57,126 nt of DNA, from NCBI GenBank assembly GCA_018882975.1, contig VEQZ01000001.1:1-57126 (forward strand). The letters run 5' to 3'. Origin of the DNA: Rhodocyclaceae bacterium. GTDB lineage: Bacteria > Pseudomonadota > Gammaproteobacteria > Burkholderiales > UBA3065. The first letter of the stretch is position 1. Each line of letters opens with the position of its first letter. The notes under the pieces are model-generated. The model searched no databases and was not told where the DNA came from. It saw only the letters and a list, made by a program, of their open reading frames with translations. The position numbers and the translations under genes are program-made. This document shows, piece after piece, positions 1 through 8,693 of this stretch.

Positions 1-2130
1 CCCTTGCCGCTCGCCCAGCCAGCGGTCCAAGTGCACCGGGACCATAGGGTCTGCGCGGGCGATCCACTCGTCGGCCAGCCGCGAGGCCTGCTCAAGCAAA
101 TCGGCATCGCGCTCGGGGTCGGCAAACCGCAACAAAGGCTGCCCGCTCTGCGACTTGCCGAGCAATTCACCCGGCCCGCGCAGCTCCAGGTCGCGGCGCG
201 CAATCTCAAAGCCGTCGGTACTGTGGCGGATGATCTCCAGCCGCCTGCGTGCGTTCTCCGAGAGGCCAGGTTCAAAGAGCAGGATGCAGTGACTCTGGCG
301 CGGCCCGCGCCCGACCCGCCCACGTAGCTGGTGGAGTTGCGCCAAACCCAGCCGCTCGGCGTGCTCGATCACCATCCAGGTGGCGTTGGGCACGTCGACG
401 CCGACCTCGATGACCGTGGTCGCGACCAGCCAGTCGATCTCGTGGCGCTGAAAGGCGCCCATCACTGCTGCCTTTTCCGCCGCTGCCAAACGCCCGTGCA
501 CCAACCCGAAGCGCACCTCGGGGTGGGTCGTGCGCAGTTCCTCGTAGGCCTCGGTGGCGGCGCGCAACTGCAGCGCCTCCGATTCATCGACCAGGGGGCA
601 AACCCAATACAACTGATGCCCGTCGGCGCAGGCCCGCGCCAACTTTTCGACCACCTCGGCACGGCGAGGGTTGCCGATGACGCGCGTCTCGATCGGGCTG
701 CGGCCGGGTGGTAACTCGTCGATCACGGAGACATCCAGATCGGCGTAGTAACTCATCGCCAAAGTTCTCGGGATGGGTGTCGCACTCATCATCAAGCTGT
801 GCACGCCAGCGCCCTTTCCAGATAGGCTCAACCGCTGAGCCACGCCAAATCGGTGTTGCTCGTCGACCACCACCAGCGCCAGCGCGCGGAAGTCCACGCC
901 CTTTTGGAACAGTGCGTGGGTGCCCACCACCACATCGACCTCACCGGCCGCCACCGCCGCAGCCAGCCGCTCGCGCTCGGCCTTCTTCTGCCCCCCCGAG
1001 AGGCCCGCCACGCGCACGCCGAGCGGCTCGAGCCATTGGCGGAACTTGGCCAAGTGCTGCTCGGCAAGCAGCTCGGTCGGTGCCATCACCGCCGCCTGCC
1101 GAGCGTTTTCCACAGCGCGCAGGCAGGCCATGGCGGCAACGATGGTCTTGCCCGCGCCGACGTCGCCCTGCAGCAGGCGCTGCATCGGCTGCGGTCGCGC
1201 GAGGTCGGCAGCGATGTGCGCCCACGCGCGCTGCTGCGCGCCGGTGAGCGGAAAAGGCAGGCTGAGCACCAGCGTGCTGACCAGATCAGACGGCCTTGAC
1301 CCGGTAGGTCCTCTTGCCGACGCTTCGCCGGCATCGACTCGGTGCGGGACCAAGCCATCTGGCCCCGGCCCTGAAGGTTTCGCGATGAGAGTTCCACCAG
1401 GCGGCAGCGGAGCAGCGGCCAAGGCCGCCCGCGCCCGCCGCGCCAAGCGCAGGCTCAGTCTTTGAGCCAGCAATTCATCAAAGCGGACGCGCTGCCACGC
1501 CGGGTCGTTTCCGGCGGGGATGCTCAGCGGGTAATGCAGCCGCGCCAAGGCCTCGCGCAACGCCGGCAGACCAAGCCGCGCACGGGTCTCGGCAGACAAG
1601 GTATCGGACCAGTCGATCTCGGCAAAGGCCGCCGCAACGGCCCGCCGGATGGTCGGCTGGGCAACGCCAGCCACCGTGGGATACACCGCGGTCAGGCCGG
1701 CCTTGGTCGGCGCGCCCGGCTCGCTTGCTCTCATGCGCGGGTGGATCATCTCGCGGCCGAACAGGCTGCCGCGCACCTCGCCGTACAGGCGCAGCCAACT
1801 GCCGACCGGCAGCGCCGCCAGTTGTGCATTGGAAAAGTGCATCAGCCGCACGGTGATCTCGTCACCGTGCTCGTCGCGCACCTTGCCGATCCACTGCCGG
1901 CGCGGCCGCTGGCGCACCTCGCCGTGCACCAGTCGGCCTTCGGTCAGGGAATGGTCGCCGGGCACCAAGGCGCCGATCGGCGTAACGCGCGACTCGTCCT
2001 CGTAGCGAAGCGGCAGGTGCAGCACGCACTGCCAAGGATCGGTCAGGCCCAGCCGCACCAGCCCGCCCGAAGCAGAAGACCCGCCAAGCGCGGGAGTATG
2101 CGGTGAACCAGAACGGCGCGGTGCGGTCAC
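1..2130 (-). CDS. recG: ATP-dependent DNA helicase RecG (C-terminal end runs off left edge)
   Basis: This minus frame is absent from the ORF track, consistent with an ORF that has no stop inside the window; I read motifs in it but did not translate it end to end. My translation shows LHLPLRYED near the N-terminus, Walker A GDVGAGKT (~1140-1170), VVVDEQHRFGV (~845-880), and VDVPNATWMVIE / QLHQLRGRVGRG (~300-400). GTG at 2130 is the proposed start. Confidence 0.85.
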   Translation of the reverse strand, partial: MTAPRRSGSPHTPALGGSSASGGLVRLGLTDPWQCVLHLPLRYEDESRVTPIGALVPGDHSLTEGRLVHGEVRQRPRRQWIGKVRDEHGDEITVRLMHFSNAQLAALPVGSWLRLYGEVRGSLFGREMIHPRMRASEPGAPTKAGLTAVYPTVAGVAQPTIRRAVAAAFAEIDWSDTLSAETRARLGLPALREALARLHYPLSIPAGNDPAWQRVRFDELLAQRLSLRLARRARAALAAAPLPPGGTLIAKPSGPGPDGLVPHRVDAGEASARGPTGSRPSDLVSTLVLSLPFPLTGAQQRAWAHIAADLARPQPMQRLLQGDVGAGKTIVAAMACLRAVENARQAAVMAPTELLAEQHLAKFRQWLEPLGVRVAGLSGGQKKAERERLAAAVAAGEVDVVVGTHALFQKGVDFRALALVVVDEQHRFGVAQRLSLSGKGAGVHSLMMSATPIPRTLAMSYYADLDVSVIDELPPGRSPIETRVIGNPRRAEVVEKLARACADGHQLYWVCPLVDESEALQLRAATEAYEELRTTHPEVRFGLVHGRLAAAEKAAVMGAFQRHEIDWLVATTVIEVGVDVPNATWMVIEHAERLGLAQLHQLRGRVGRGPRQSHCILLFEPGLSENARRRLEIIRHSTDGFEIARRDLELRGPGELLGKSQSGQPLLRFADPERDADLLEQASRLADEWIARADPMVPVHLDRWLGERQG

Positions 2131-2161
2131 GGGATGTCCCGCCGCGCCGCGCCCGCGGTGC

Positions 2162-2551
2162 TCAGAGCACCAGCACCGCGTCGATCTCGACCAAGGCGCC
2201 GCGCGGCAGGCTGGCCACACCCACCGCGGCGCGTGCCGGGTAGGGCTGAGGCACGTACTCGGCCATCAACTCGTTGACCTTGGCAAAATGGCCGAGGTCG
2301 GTCAGGTACACGGTAAACCGTACCGCGTTGCCGAGATTGCCGCCCGCCTCGTGCGCCACCGCTGCCAAGCTCTTGAACACGCGGTGGATCTGCGCATCGA
2401 TGCCCTCGACCATCAGCATGGTCTCCGGATCGAGGCCGATCTGGCCCGAGCAGTAGACGGTGTCGCCGACACGGACGGCCTGCGAGTAGGTGCCGATTGC
2501 CTTGGGCGCGTCCGGCGTGGCGATGATGCGTTTCTCGGTATGGGTGCTCAC
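2162..2551 (-). CDS. ridA: RidA/YjgF family reactive-intermediate deaminase
   Basis: Track ORF 2162..2602. Sequence [33 protein letters not shown]...[25 protein letters not shown] is typical RidA. The in-frame GTG at 2551, 7 nt after the upstream stop, gives a family-typical 129 aa. The ATG at 2602 would overlap the upstream gene. Confidence 0.8.
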   Translation of the reverse strand: MSTHTEKRIIATPDAPKAIGTYSQAVRVGDTVYCSGQIGLDPETMLMVEGIDAQIHRVFKSLAAVAHEAGGNLGNAVRFTVYLTDLGHFAKVNELMAEYVPQPYPARAAVGVASLPRGALVEIDAVLVL

Positions 2552-2558
2552 GACTTGC

Positions 2559-3140
2559 TCACTTGAGGTCTTTGACCAGCGCGTTGCGGAACTCCGCGCC
2601 AACCGGGTCCACCGTCACCGAATACTCCGGATGGCTGATGCCGGCGGCCAGCGCGACGCCGTACTTGAGCGCCTCGGCCATGTCCTTGTCGAGTTCGAAG
2701 CGCATGAAGTGCACGGCGCTGGTTTTCTCGTCGTTCTCGCGCTCGAGGTCCTCGTCGGCGATGGCCCAGACCTTCTCGCGGCCCTCGACCTGCAGCCAGA
2801 CCTTGTCCTCGATACCGCGCAGCTTTTTCAACTGCGCCGCGCGCACGTCCGCGTCCGGGTACTCGATCATCATGGTCGCCTTGAAGTTGCGGCCATCCGG
2901 GATCAGCGGCGTGTAGGCCTCCAGCTCATCGCGGATGCCCTCTTCCTCAAAGATCTTCTCGATGCGCAGCATCTCCTGGATCTGGTAGCGGATGGTCATC
3001 TCGTCCTCGAACAGCAGGGTGACGTGCTCGCCCAGCGCGAGGCTGCGCAGGCGCTTGTGCGCGATCACCTCGGCGCGGAAGTCCTTGCGCACGCGGGCGT
3101 AGTGTTCGAGCGTCCAGAGCGATTCACGGGTCAGTGTCAT
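2559..3140 (-). CDS. DUF3501 family protein
   Basis: 193-aa ORF ([32 protein letters not shown]...MMIEYPD...). I recognise this as the DUF3501 type that usually sits next to an HdrD-like Fe-S protein and rubrerythrin. The call is from memory of the family, with no search. Confidence 0.7.
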   Translation of the reverse strand: MTLTRESLWTLEHYARVRKDFRAEVIAHKRLRSLALGEHVTLLFEDEMTIRYQIQEMLRIEKIFEEEGIRDELEAYTPLIPDGRNFKATMMIEYPDADVRAAQLKKLRGIEDKVWLQVEGREKVWAIADEDLERENDEKTSAVHFMRFELDKDMAEALKYGVALAAGISHPEYSVTVDPVGAEFRNALVKDLK

Positions 3141-3171
3141 GTGAGTCTCCTGAATAAAAAGTTGTAGGTGC

Positions 3172-4530
3172 TTACAGACCGTAGGCGCGCGCCAGCAGCG
3201 ACAACGGGTGCTGCACCTTGTCGTCGGTCGGGCCGTTGGCCACGCCGGCGTCGATGCCCTGCGCGATGTGATGGCCGGCGAGCTGGCAGTCGGAGGCGAT
3301 GTAGTCCACGGCGCCGTTGGGGTGCTCGTTCATCTGGCGGAACATCGGCTTGCCGATCTTCAGCGACATCTCGTGGAACTCCTTCTTCACGCCCCAAGTG
3401 CCGGCGTGGCCGGAGCAGCGCTCCACCGTGTTCACCGCCGTCTCCGGCACCTTCTGCAGCATCTCGCGGGTCTTCTGACCGACGTTCTGCACGCGCAGGT
3501 GACAGGCGACGTGGTAGCTCACATTGCCCAGCGGCTGCTTGAAGTCGGTCTTGAGCAGGCCATCCTTGTCGCGTGCCACAAAGTACTCAAAGGGGTCGAA
3601 CATCGCCGCCTTGACCGCCTGGATGTCCGCGTCGTCGGGGAACATCAGCGGGATCTCCTGCTTGAACATGAGCGTGCACGAGGGAATCGGCGTGACGATG
3701 GCATAGCCCTCGCGCGCCAGACGCGCCAGTTGCGGGATGTTCTCGCGGGTCAGCTTCTCCACCGACTCGAGGTCACCGAGTTCGAGCTTGGGCATGCCGC
3801 AGCAAGCCTGCTTCTCGACCACCACGAAGGGGATCTCGTTGTGCTCGAGCACCTTGATCAGGTCGTGGCCGATGCCCGGCTCGTTCCAGTTGACGTAGCA
3901 GGTGGTGTAGATGGCGAGCTTGCCGGGGCTGCGCTTGCCGTCCCTGACGGCGTGCTTCTGCGACTCGGCATGGCTGGACTCGAAGGGACTCGAGGTGAAG
4001 TCGGGCAGCCAGGCGGTCTTGTGCACGCCCAGCAGCTTTTCACCGAGGACACGGGCGGGCTTGGTCTTGGCCAGCGCGTTGACGGTCTGCGCCACCACCG
4101 GGATGGCGGCGAGCTTGCCGTTGAGCGCGGTGTTGGAGAGGGTCTTGTCGCGGAAGGCGGTGGGGATGCCCTTCTTGAACTCGATCGCCTTGTGCTGCAG
4201 CATCAGGTGCGGGAAGTCGAGGTTCCACGGGTGCGGCGGCACGTACGGGCACTTGGTCATGTAGCAGACGTCGCACAGGTAGCACTGGTCGACCACCTTG
4301 TGGAAATCGGTCTTGGCCACGCCATCGACTTCGCCGGTCGGGCCCTCGTCGATCAGGTCGAACAGCACCGGGAAACTGCCGCACAAACTCACACAGCGGC
4401 GGCAACCGTGGCAGATGTCGAACACGCGTTCGAGTTCGGCCTCGACCGCGGCCTCGTCATAGTAAGCCGGGTTCTTCCAGTCGATCGGGTGGCGGATCGG
4501 GGCTTCGAGCGAGCCTTCGCGGACGGTCAT
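3172..4530 (-). CDS. (Fe-S)-binding protein, heterodisulfide reductase-related (HdrD/GlcF-like, CCG domains)
   Basis: 452-aa ORF with two 4Fe-4S ferredoxin motifs (CHGCRRCVSLC, CYLCDVCYMTKCP) followed by Cys-rich CCG-type motifs (KQACCGMP, VERCSGHAGTWG). Confidence 0.8.
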   Translation of the reverse strand: MTVREGSLEAPIRHPIDWKNPAYYDEAAVEAELERVFDICHGCRRCVSLCGSFPVLFDLIDEGPTGEVDGVAKTDFHKVVDQCYLCDVCYMTKCPYVPPHPWNLDFPHLMLQHKAIEFKKGIPTAFRDKTLSNTALNGKLAAIPVVAQTVNALAKTKPARVLGEKLLGVHKTAWLPDFTSSPFESSHAESQKHAVRDGKRSPGKLAIYTTCYVNWNEPGIGHDLIKVLEHNEIPFVVVEKQACCGMPKLELGDLESVEKLTRENIPQLARLAREGYAIVTPIPSCTLMFKQEIPLMFPDDADIQAVKAAMFDPFEYFVARDKDGLLKTDFKQPLGNVSYHVACHLRVQNVGQKTREMLQKVPETAVNTVERCSGHAGTWGVKKEFHEMSLKIGKPMFRQMNEHPNGAVDYIASDCQLAGHHIAQGIDAGVANGPTDDKVQHPLSLLARAYGL

Positions 4531-4612
4531 GATCGGTCTCCAGAGGTGTCGGACGCGACTTTACTGCACGGTGGCACAGGCGTTAAGCGGATGCCGGGGC
4601 GAACCTTTCGGC

Positions 4613-4647
4613 CGCACAAACAAACGGGGGTGCCGCAAGACACCCCC
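4613..4647 (-). terminator. Rho-independent terminator/attenuator after rubrerythrin
   Basis: On the minus strand there is a 7-bp GC stem GGGGGTG/CACCCCC (4626-4632 / 4641-4647) with an 8-nt loop, followed by GTTTGTTTGT. Confidence 0.5.
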
Positions 4648-4666
4648 GCGCACTGCAAACACCTGA

Positions 4667-5089
4667 TCAGGCAGCCAGGCCTTCCAGCGCCTTGGCGAAC
4701 TTGTTGGCATGCGAACGCTCGGCCTTGGCCAGCGTCTCGAACCAGTCGGCGATCTCGTCGAAACCTTCGTCGCGCGCATCCTTGGCCATGCCCGGGTACA
4801 TGTCGGTGTACTCGTGGGTCTCGCCGGCGACGGCCGAAGCCAGGTTCTGTTCCGAGCTGCCGATCGGCATGCCGGTGGCCGGGTCGCCGACTTGGGCCAG
4901 ATAGTCGAGGTGGCCGTGGGCGTGGCCGGTCTCGCCTTCGGCGGTCGAGCGGAACAGCACGGCGATCTCCGGGTGGCCTTCGACATCGGCCTTGTTTGCG
5001 AAGTACAGGTAGCGGCGGTTGGCTTGGCTTTCGCCAGCGAAAGCGTCCTTCAGATGCTGATGGGTCTTGCTGCCTTGGAGTTGCGGCAT
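4667..5089 (-). CDS. Rubrerythrin-family diiron protein (no rubredoxin domain)
   Basis: 140-aa ORF with paired E..EXXH diiron motifs (AGESQANRRY, EGETGHAHGH, AGETHEYTDMY, KAERSHANKF). Confidence 0.85.
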   Translation of the reverse strand: MPQLQGSKTHQHLKDAFAGESQANRRYLYFANKADVEGHPEIAVLFRSTAEGETGHAHGHLDYLAQVGDPATGMPIGSSEQNLASAVAGETHEYTDMYPGMAKDARDEGFDEIADWFETLAKAERSHANKFAKALEGLAA

Positions 5090-5177
5090 TTGAGTCTCCT
5101 CGTTCCCGTTGATGAGAGGGTAGGTAAGGCCCCGGTCGTGTTCCGCCCGGTGCGTTCATAACTTCCGTCTATCAAGA

Positions 5178-5205
5178 TGATAAATTATTGTTGAACAATC
5201 TATCA
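5178..5205. promoter_or_regulatory. AT-rich operator-like palindromes upstream of the rubrerythrin operon
   Basis: TGATAAATTATTGTTGAACAATCTATCA contains a perfect 6-1-6 palindrome ATTGTT-G-AACAAT (5187-5199) and outer TGATA/TATCA arms. It is the only AT-rich patch in a GC-rich region, about 90 nt upstream of the rubrerythrin ATG. The regulator is unknown; the resemblance to Fur/PerR boxes is weak. Confidence 0.3.
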
Positions 5206-5703
5206 GCCAGACGCGCGGACTATAGTCGGACTGGCGTGCAAAGAAAAGGTGCCGCGAGTGAACGGTCGGCAAATCAAGAAATCAATGAGCCGGTCCGCCG
5301 CGACTGAACCTGCGCTCGAGGGCCTGCGGGCGCGGGCCCGCCAAACCCGCTTCCGGCAAGTCGTCTCGCCCGCGGCCGATGAAGTGCGGGAGTGCGCGGG
5401 GAACCATCGGCGGGGGGGTCCGTAACGATTGCGGCTCTTCACAAAGCCAATGACGTTCCGCTCATGACGCGAAAAGAGGGCCTGCTGCACCAGCCGCCGG
5501 GCCACGCGGCACAACCGAGTGCCACCGAAAGTGTTGTGCAGCGGCTGGTCCAATGGGTCCACCACAGCCGTTGCCCACCAACGAAGCGGGTGGGCGCGAG
5601 ATCTTCGAGTCTTCGCGGCGCAACAACGGCCCACGACATCACGGGTGTGCTGGTGGCACACGACTGCTGATTCACGCAGGTCCTCGACGGGCCCGCTGGT
5701 GCC

Positions 5704-5928
5704 GTGAGCGAGTTGCTGACGCGCATCGAAAACGACCACCGCAACGTTGAGTTCCCGCTGCTGCGCGCCGGAACTGTCGAATGGCGCGACTTTGGCGAGT
5801 GGTCGATGGCCTCAACCGTGGCCAATGCCGATAGTTTTGGCGAAATGCTGGAGACTTTCATGGCCGACAAGGCCGCAGCAGCCCAAGTCCTGAGCCGCTT
5901 CATCCTTGAAGGACGCTGGCACGCTTGA
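5704..5928 (+). CDS. Hypothetical small protein (74 aa, GTG start)
   Basis: Track ORF. Third-codon-position GC is fairly high by eye. I recognise no domain. Confidence 0.3.
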   Translation: MSELLTRIENDHRNVEFPLLRAGTVEWRDFGEWSMASTVANADSFGEMLETFMADKAAAAQVLSRFILEGRWHA

Positions 5929-5946
5929 GCGCAGCGCCGGTCCTGC

Positions 5947-6276
5947 TCAGCCCACGGCAACCTCACCCAGCAAGCTGCTGCGGCTGTCGAGTCGCGCCAG
6001 GCCAACCGGCGAAACGCTGACCATGCGCGTGCGACGGTCGGGCCCGACCACGAGTGTCAGAAAGCCCGCCCCGGCCAGCAGACGCAGACGCCTGTGGAGA
6101 GTGGGCAGGGTGCCAAAGCGCCCGGTGCGGACCAGGTCGGTGATGCGCACCGGTTGCTGCAGTGCGTTCTGCGCGCAGATCCACGCCAGCAATGCATCGT
6201 CTTCGGCGGCGCCGGCAGGCTGCCCGGCGTAGAAGTCCTGGATGGCGTTGGTGAAGTTGACAAACATGTTTCCCAT
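5947..6276 (-). CDS. Small winged-helix (MarR-like) DNA-binding protein
   Basis: 109-aa ORF. ITDLVRTGRFGTLPTLHRRLRLLAGAGFLTLVVGPDRRTRMVSVSPVG reads as HTH plus wing. Confidence 0.55.
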   Translation of the reverse strand: MGNMFVNFTNAIQDFYAGQPAGAAEDDALLAWICAQNALQQPVRITDLVRTGRFGTLPTLHRRLRLLAGAGFLTLVVGPDRRTRMVSVSPVGLARLDSRSSLLGEVAVG

Positions 6277-6326
6277 TTTGCGTCCTTATGTTCCGAGGAT
6301 TGCCGGTGGCGGCGGGGCCCGGCGGG

Positions 6327-6727
6327 TCAGGGAGCCTCGGCGAGCGCGCTTTGCCCGTGCAAAGCGGTTTCACGCGCGTCGAGCGTCATGCTGGAAAGCG
6401 CCAGCGACAACTTTTCCAGTTGCTTGATCAACAAGGCGGCGTCCTGCGCGGCAAGGCCGAGAGCGCACAAGAAGTTCTCACGGATGGCGAGCAGGGACGC
6501 TTGGCGCTCGCCGCCACGCGCGGTCGCCTCGACCATGCCTTGCCCGACCACCGCCCGCAATGCGATGTACCCGGCAATGCGATGTACCCGGCGCAATTGA
6601 GGCGATGACTGCGCGGCAGCCGGTCCCAGCGCCCGATGAACTGCGCACTGACAGTGTGCGGACGAAAGCACAGGTGGCTATCGACGCCTATCTGCGGATG
6701 CAAAGCGCTGCAGGTTTCGCTCGTCAT
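6327..6727 (-). pseudogene. Hypothetical gene split into two frames by a 17-bp tandem duplication
   Basis: Track ORFs 6428..6727 and 6327..6671 overlap in different frames. Both read AGYIAL across one copy of the duplicated 17-mer. Removing one copy fuses them into a 127-aa ORF. GC3 is best in frame B upstream of the duplication and in frame A downstream of it. Confidence 0.4.
6558..6591. repeat. Exact tandem duplication 2 x 17 bp (CAATGCGATGTACCCGG)
   Basis: Read directly: 6558-6574 is identical to 6575-6591. Confidence 0.95.
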
Positions 6728-7030
6728 GTCGGAAACTCCGTAATGAGCGTGACAGCGGCCGCGGGTTGCGTCGTGGGCGCAGGCACCGGCGCACCGGTCA
6801 GGGTGGGTCCGCTGCTTCGCAACCGCGAGCCCTGATCATCAGGCTAGCGCTTTTCGTCTGCGCTTGCAACAAACATTTACCGCAACTTCTTAAATTGGAA
6901 CATGTACAGGAAGTTCCGCGGCAGGGGCGGTGTCGTCAGGGTCGCGCCATGCCTCGGGACGCGCAGGGACGGCCCCGAGGGGCTGCGGCTCACCATGCTG
7001 CTAAGGAGCCGTACGCGAACAAACGAGGTC

Positions 7031-7063
7031 AAGAAAGCAAAAGGGCCAGCACGCGGCTGGCCC
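7031..7063 (-). terminator. Rho-independent terminator downstream of tRNA-Met
   Basis: On the minus strand there is an 8-bp stem GGGCCAGC/GCTGGCCC (7043-7050 / 7056-7063) followed by TTTTGCTTTCTT. Confidence 0.7.
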
Positions 7064-7077
7064 CTCTGCAGGTGAAC

Positions 7078-7154
<77 letters not shown>

Positions 7155-7165
7155 ACGAACCTAGT

Positions 7166-7194
7166 AGTCTAGGCCCTAAGGCGCATCGGGTCAA
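7166..7194 (-). promoter_or_regulatory. Sigma-70-like promoter for tRNA-Met
   Basis: Minus strand TTGACC (7194-7189), 17 nt, TAGACT (7171-7166). The -10 lies about 11 nt upstream of the mature 5' end. Confidence 0.45.
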
Positions 7195-7239
7195 TGTCTC
7201 ATCCTCGCCCCCCCCGCGCACGCCTCTGGAACCCCGACC

Positions 7240-8541
7240 ATGCAAGCGGCAGACGACACCCAGACCCCGCACGACAGTGCACCCTATGCCGCCATCGTGG
7301 CTGGCGGCGGCATCGTCGGCGCAGCGGCCACGCTCGGCCTTCTGGCGCGCGGCGACCGGGTGCGCTGGTTGCGCCGCGCGCTCGCCATGCCGCCCCTGCC
7401 CGAGGGCTACGCGGCGCGGGTTTATGCGCTGTCGCCAGGCAATCTGGCGTGGCTGGAGTCGCTGGGTGTCGTCGATCATCTCGACCGCGACCGCATCGGC
7501 AGCGTGCGCGCGATGGAGATCCGCGCGCCCCACGGCGGTGGCCTCGACCTCTCGGCGCTGCAGGCAGGCGTGGCGGAGATGGCGCTGATCGTCGAGAGCG
7601 ACAACCTGTTGCGCGCGCTCGAAAAGGCGCTTAGCAGTTACGGTGCCTTCGACGCGGGACCCGGCGAGGCACAGGTGAGCGGGCTCTCCACCACCGGCGC
7701 GGCAGCGTCCGCGCAGCGCATGGCGTGCACGGCATCGCCGCCCTGCGCAGCGGCGCGGGCCTGCGAAATCGGTGCCGCGCGGGCGGACGCCGACCAGGCG
7801 CTGGCGCTGCACTTGAGCGATGGCAGTTCGCTGGCCACCCGCCTGCTCATCGCCGCCGATGGCGCCGCCTCGCCGCTGCGCGGCCTCGCCGGCATCGACA
7901 CCGTCGGCCGCGACTACGGCCACCGTGCGGTGGTCGCCAATTTCATCTGCGAGAAGCCGCACCGCGGCATCGCCTGCCAGTGGTTCGGCGCCAGACCGAG
8001 TAAGGGGTCGGCCACGGTGCTGGCCTGGCTGCCACTGCCCGGGCAGCACGTGAGCATGGTCTGGAGCCTGCCCGAGGCGCGCGCCGCCGACCTGCTGGCG
8101 CTCGACGCCGGCGCCCTGACCGCGCGCGTCGCCGCCGCCGGCGGCCACCGCTGGGGTGGCATGCGGCTGGTCTCGGCACCGCAGGCCTTCCCGCTGCGCC
8201 GGCAGCGCGCGCGCCGACTCACCACCACAAGACTGGCGCTGGTCGGCGATGCCGCGCACGTCGTCCACCCGCTGGCCGGGCAGGGCATGAACCTCGGCCT
8301 GCGCGACGTGCGCGCCCTGCTCGAGGCCACCGCCGGTCGCCGCGACCCCGGCAGCGCGCACGCGCTGGCACGCTACGCGACGCTGCGGCAGGTCGACGTC
8401 CACGCCATCGAGACCCTCACCGATGGCCTGTTCCGGCTGTTCGGCGGCGGCATCGGCAGCCTGCTCGGCGGCCACGGCATGGGCCTGCTGAACCATCTGG
8501 CGCCGGTGAAATCCGAGATGGTGCGGCAGGCCATGCGCTGA
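7240..8541 (+). CDS. UbiH/UbiF/VisC/COQ6-family FAD-dependent ubiquinone-biosynthesis hydroxylase
   Basis: 433-aa ORF with an N-terminal GxGxxG motif (IVAGGGIVGAAATLGL) and the family motif LVGDAAHVVHPLAGQGMNLGLRD. Confidence 0.8.
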   Translation: MQAADDTQTPHDSAPYAAIVAGGGIVGAAATLGLLARGDRVRWLRRALAMPPLPEGYAARVYALSPGNLAWLESLGVVDHLDRDRIGSVRAMEIRAPHGGGLDLSALQAGVAEMALIVESDNLLRALEKALSSYGAFDAGPGEAQVSGLSTTGAAASAQRMACTASPPCAAARACEIGAARADADQALALHLSDGSSLATRLLIAADGAASPLRGLAGIDTVGRDYGHRAVVANFICEKPHRGIACQWFGARPSKGSATVLAWLPLPGQHVSMVWSLPEARAADLLALDAGALTARVAAAGGHRWGGMRLVSAPQAFPLRRQRARRLTTTRLALVGDAAHVVHPLAGQGMNLGLRDVRALLEATAGRRDPGSAHALARYATLRQVDVHAIETLTDGLFRLFGGGIGSLLGGHGMGLLNHLAPVKSEMVRQAMR

Positions 8542-8693
8542 CACCCTTGCGCTGCGCGAGCCGATCCCGCAGTGCGGATCGCCCCGCGGGGGCTGCGCGG
8601 CGGGCCCCGCGCCCGGCGCGCTCACGCTGGCGACGCACCCGACCTCCCCCACACCTTCCCAACCCCCAACCCCCGAGACCCGAGCGCCCAGCC

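Noticed and set aside
3208-5112. 634-aa plus-strand ORF
   Set aside because: It is antisense to the Fe-S protein and rubrerythrin genes. Its composition is Arg/Gly/Leu/His-rich and non-protein-like, and the opposite strand has clear Fe-S and diiron motifs. This is the typical GC-rich shadow ORF.
5210-5700. Cobalamin or other riboswitch in the unassigned stretch
   Set aside because: A GGTGCC element is present, but the B12-box and the GGGAA/GCCACTG core are absent. I recognise no other riboswitch signature.
6850-6890. Sigma-54 promoter (GG-N10-GC) on the minus strand in TTGCGGTAAATGTTTGTTGCAAG
   Set aside because: The GG to GC spacing is off by 2 nt from TGGCAC-N5-TTGC.
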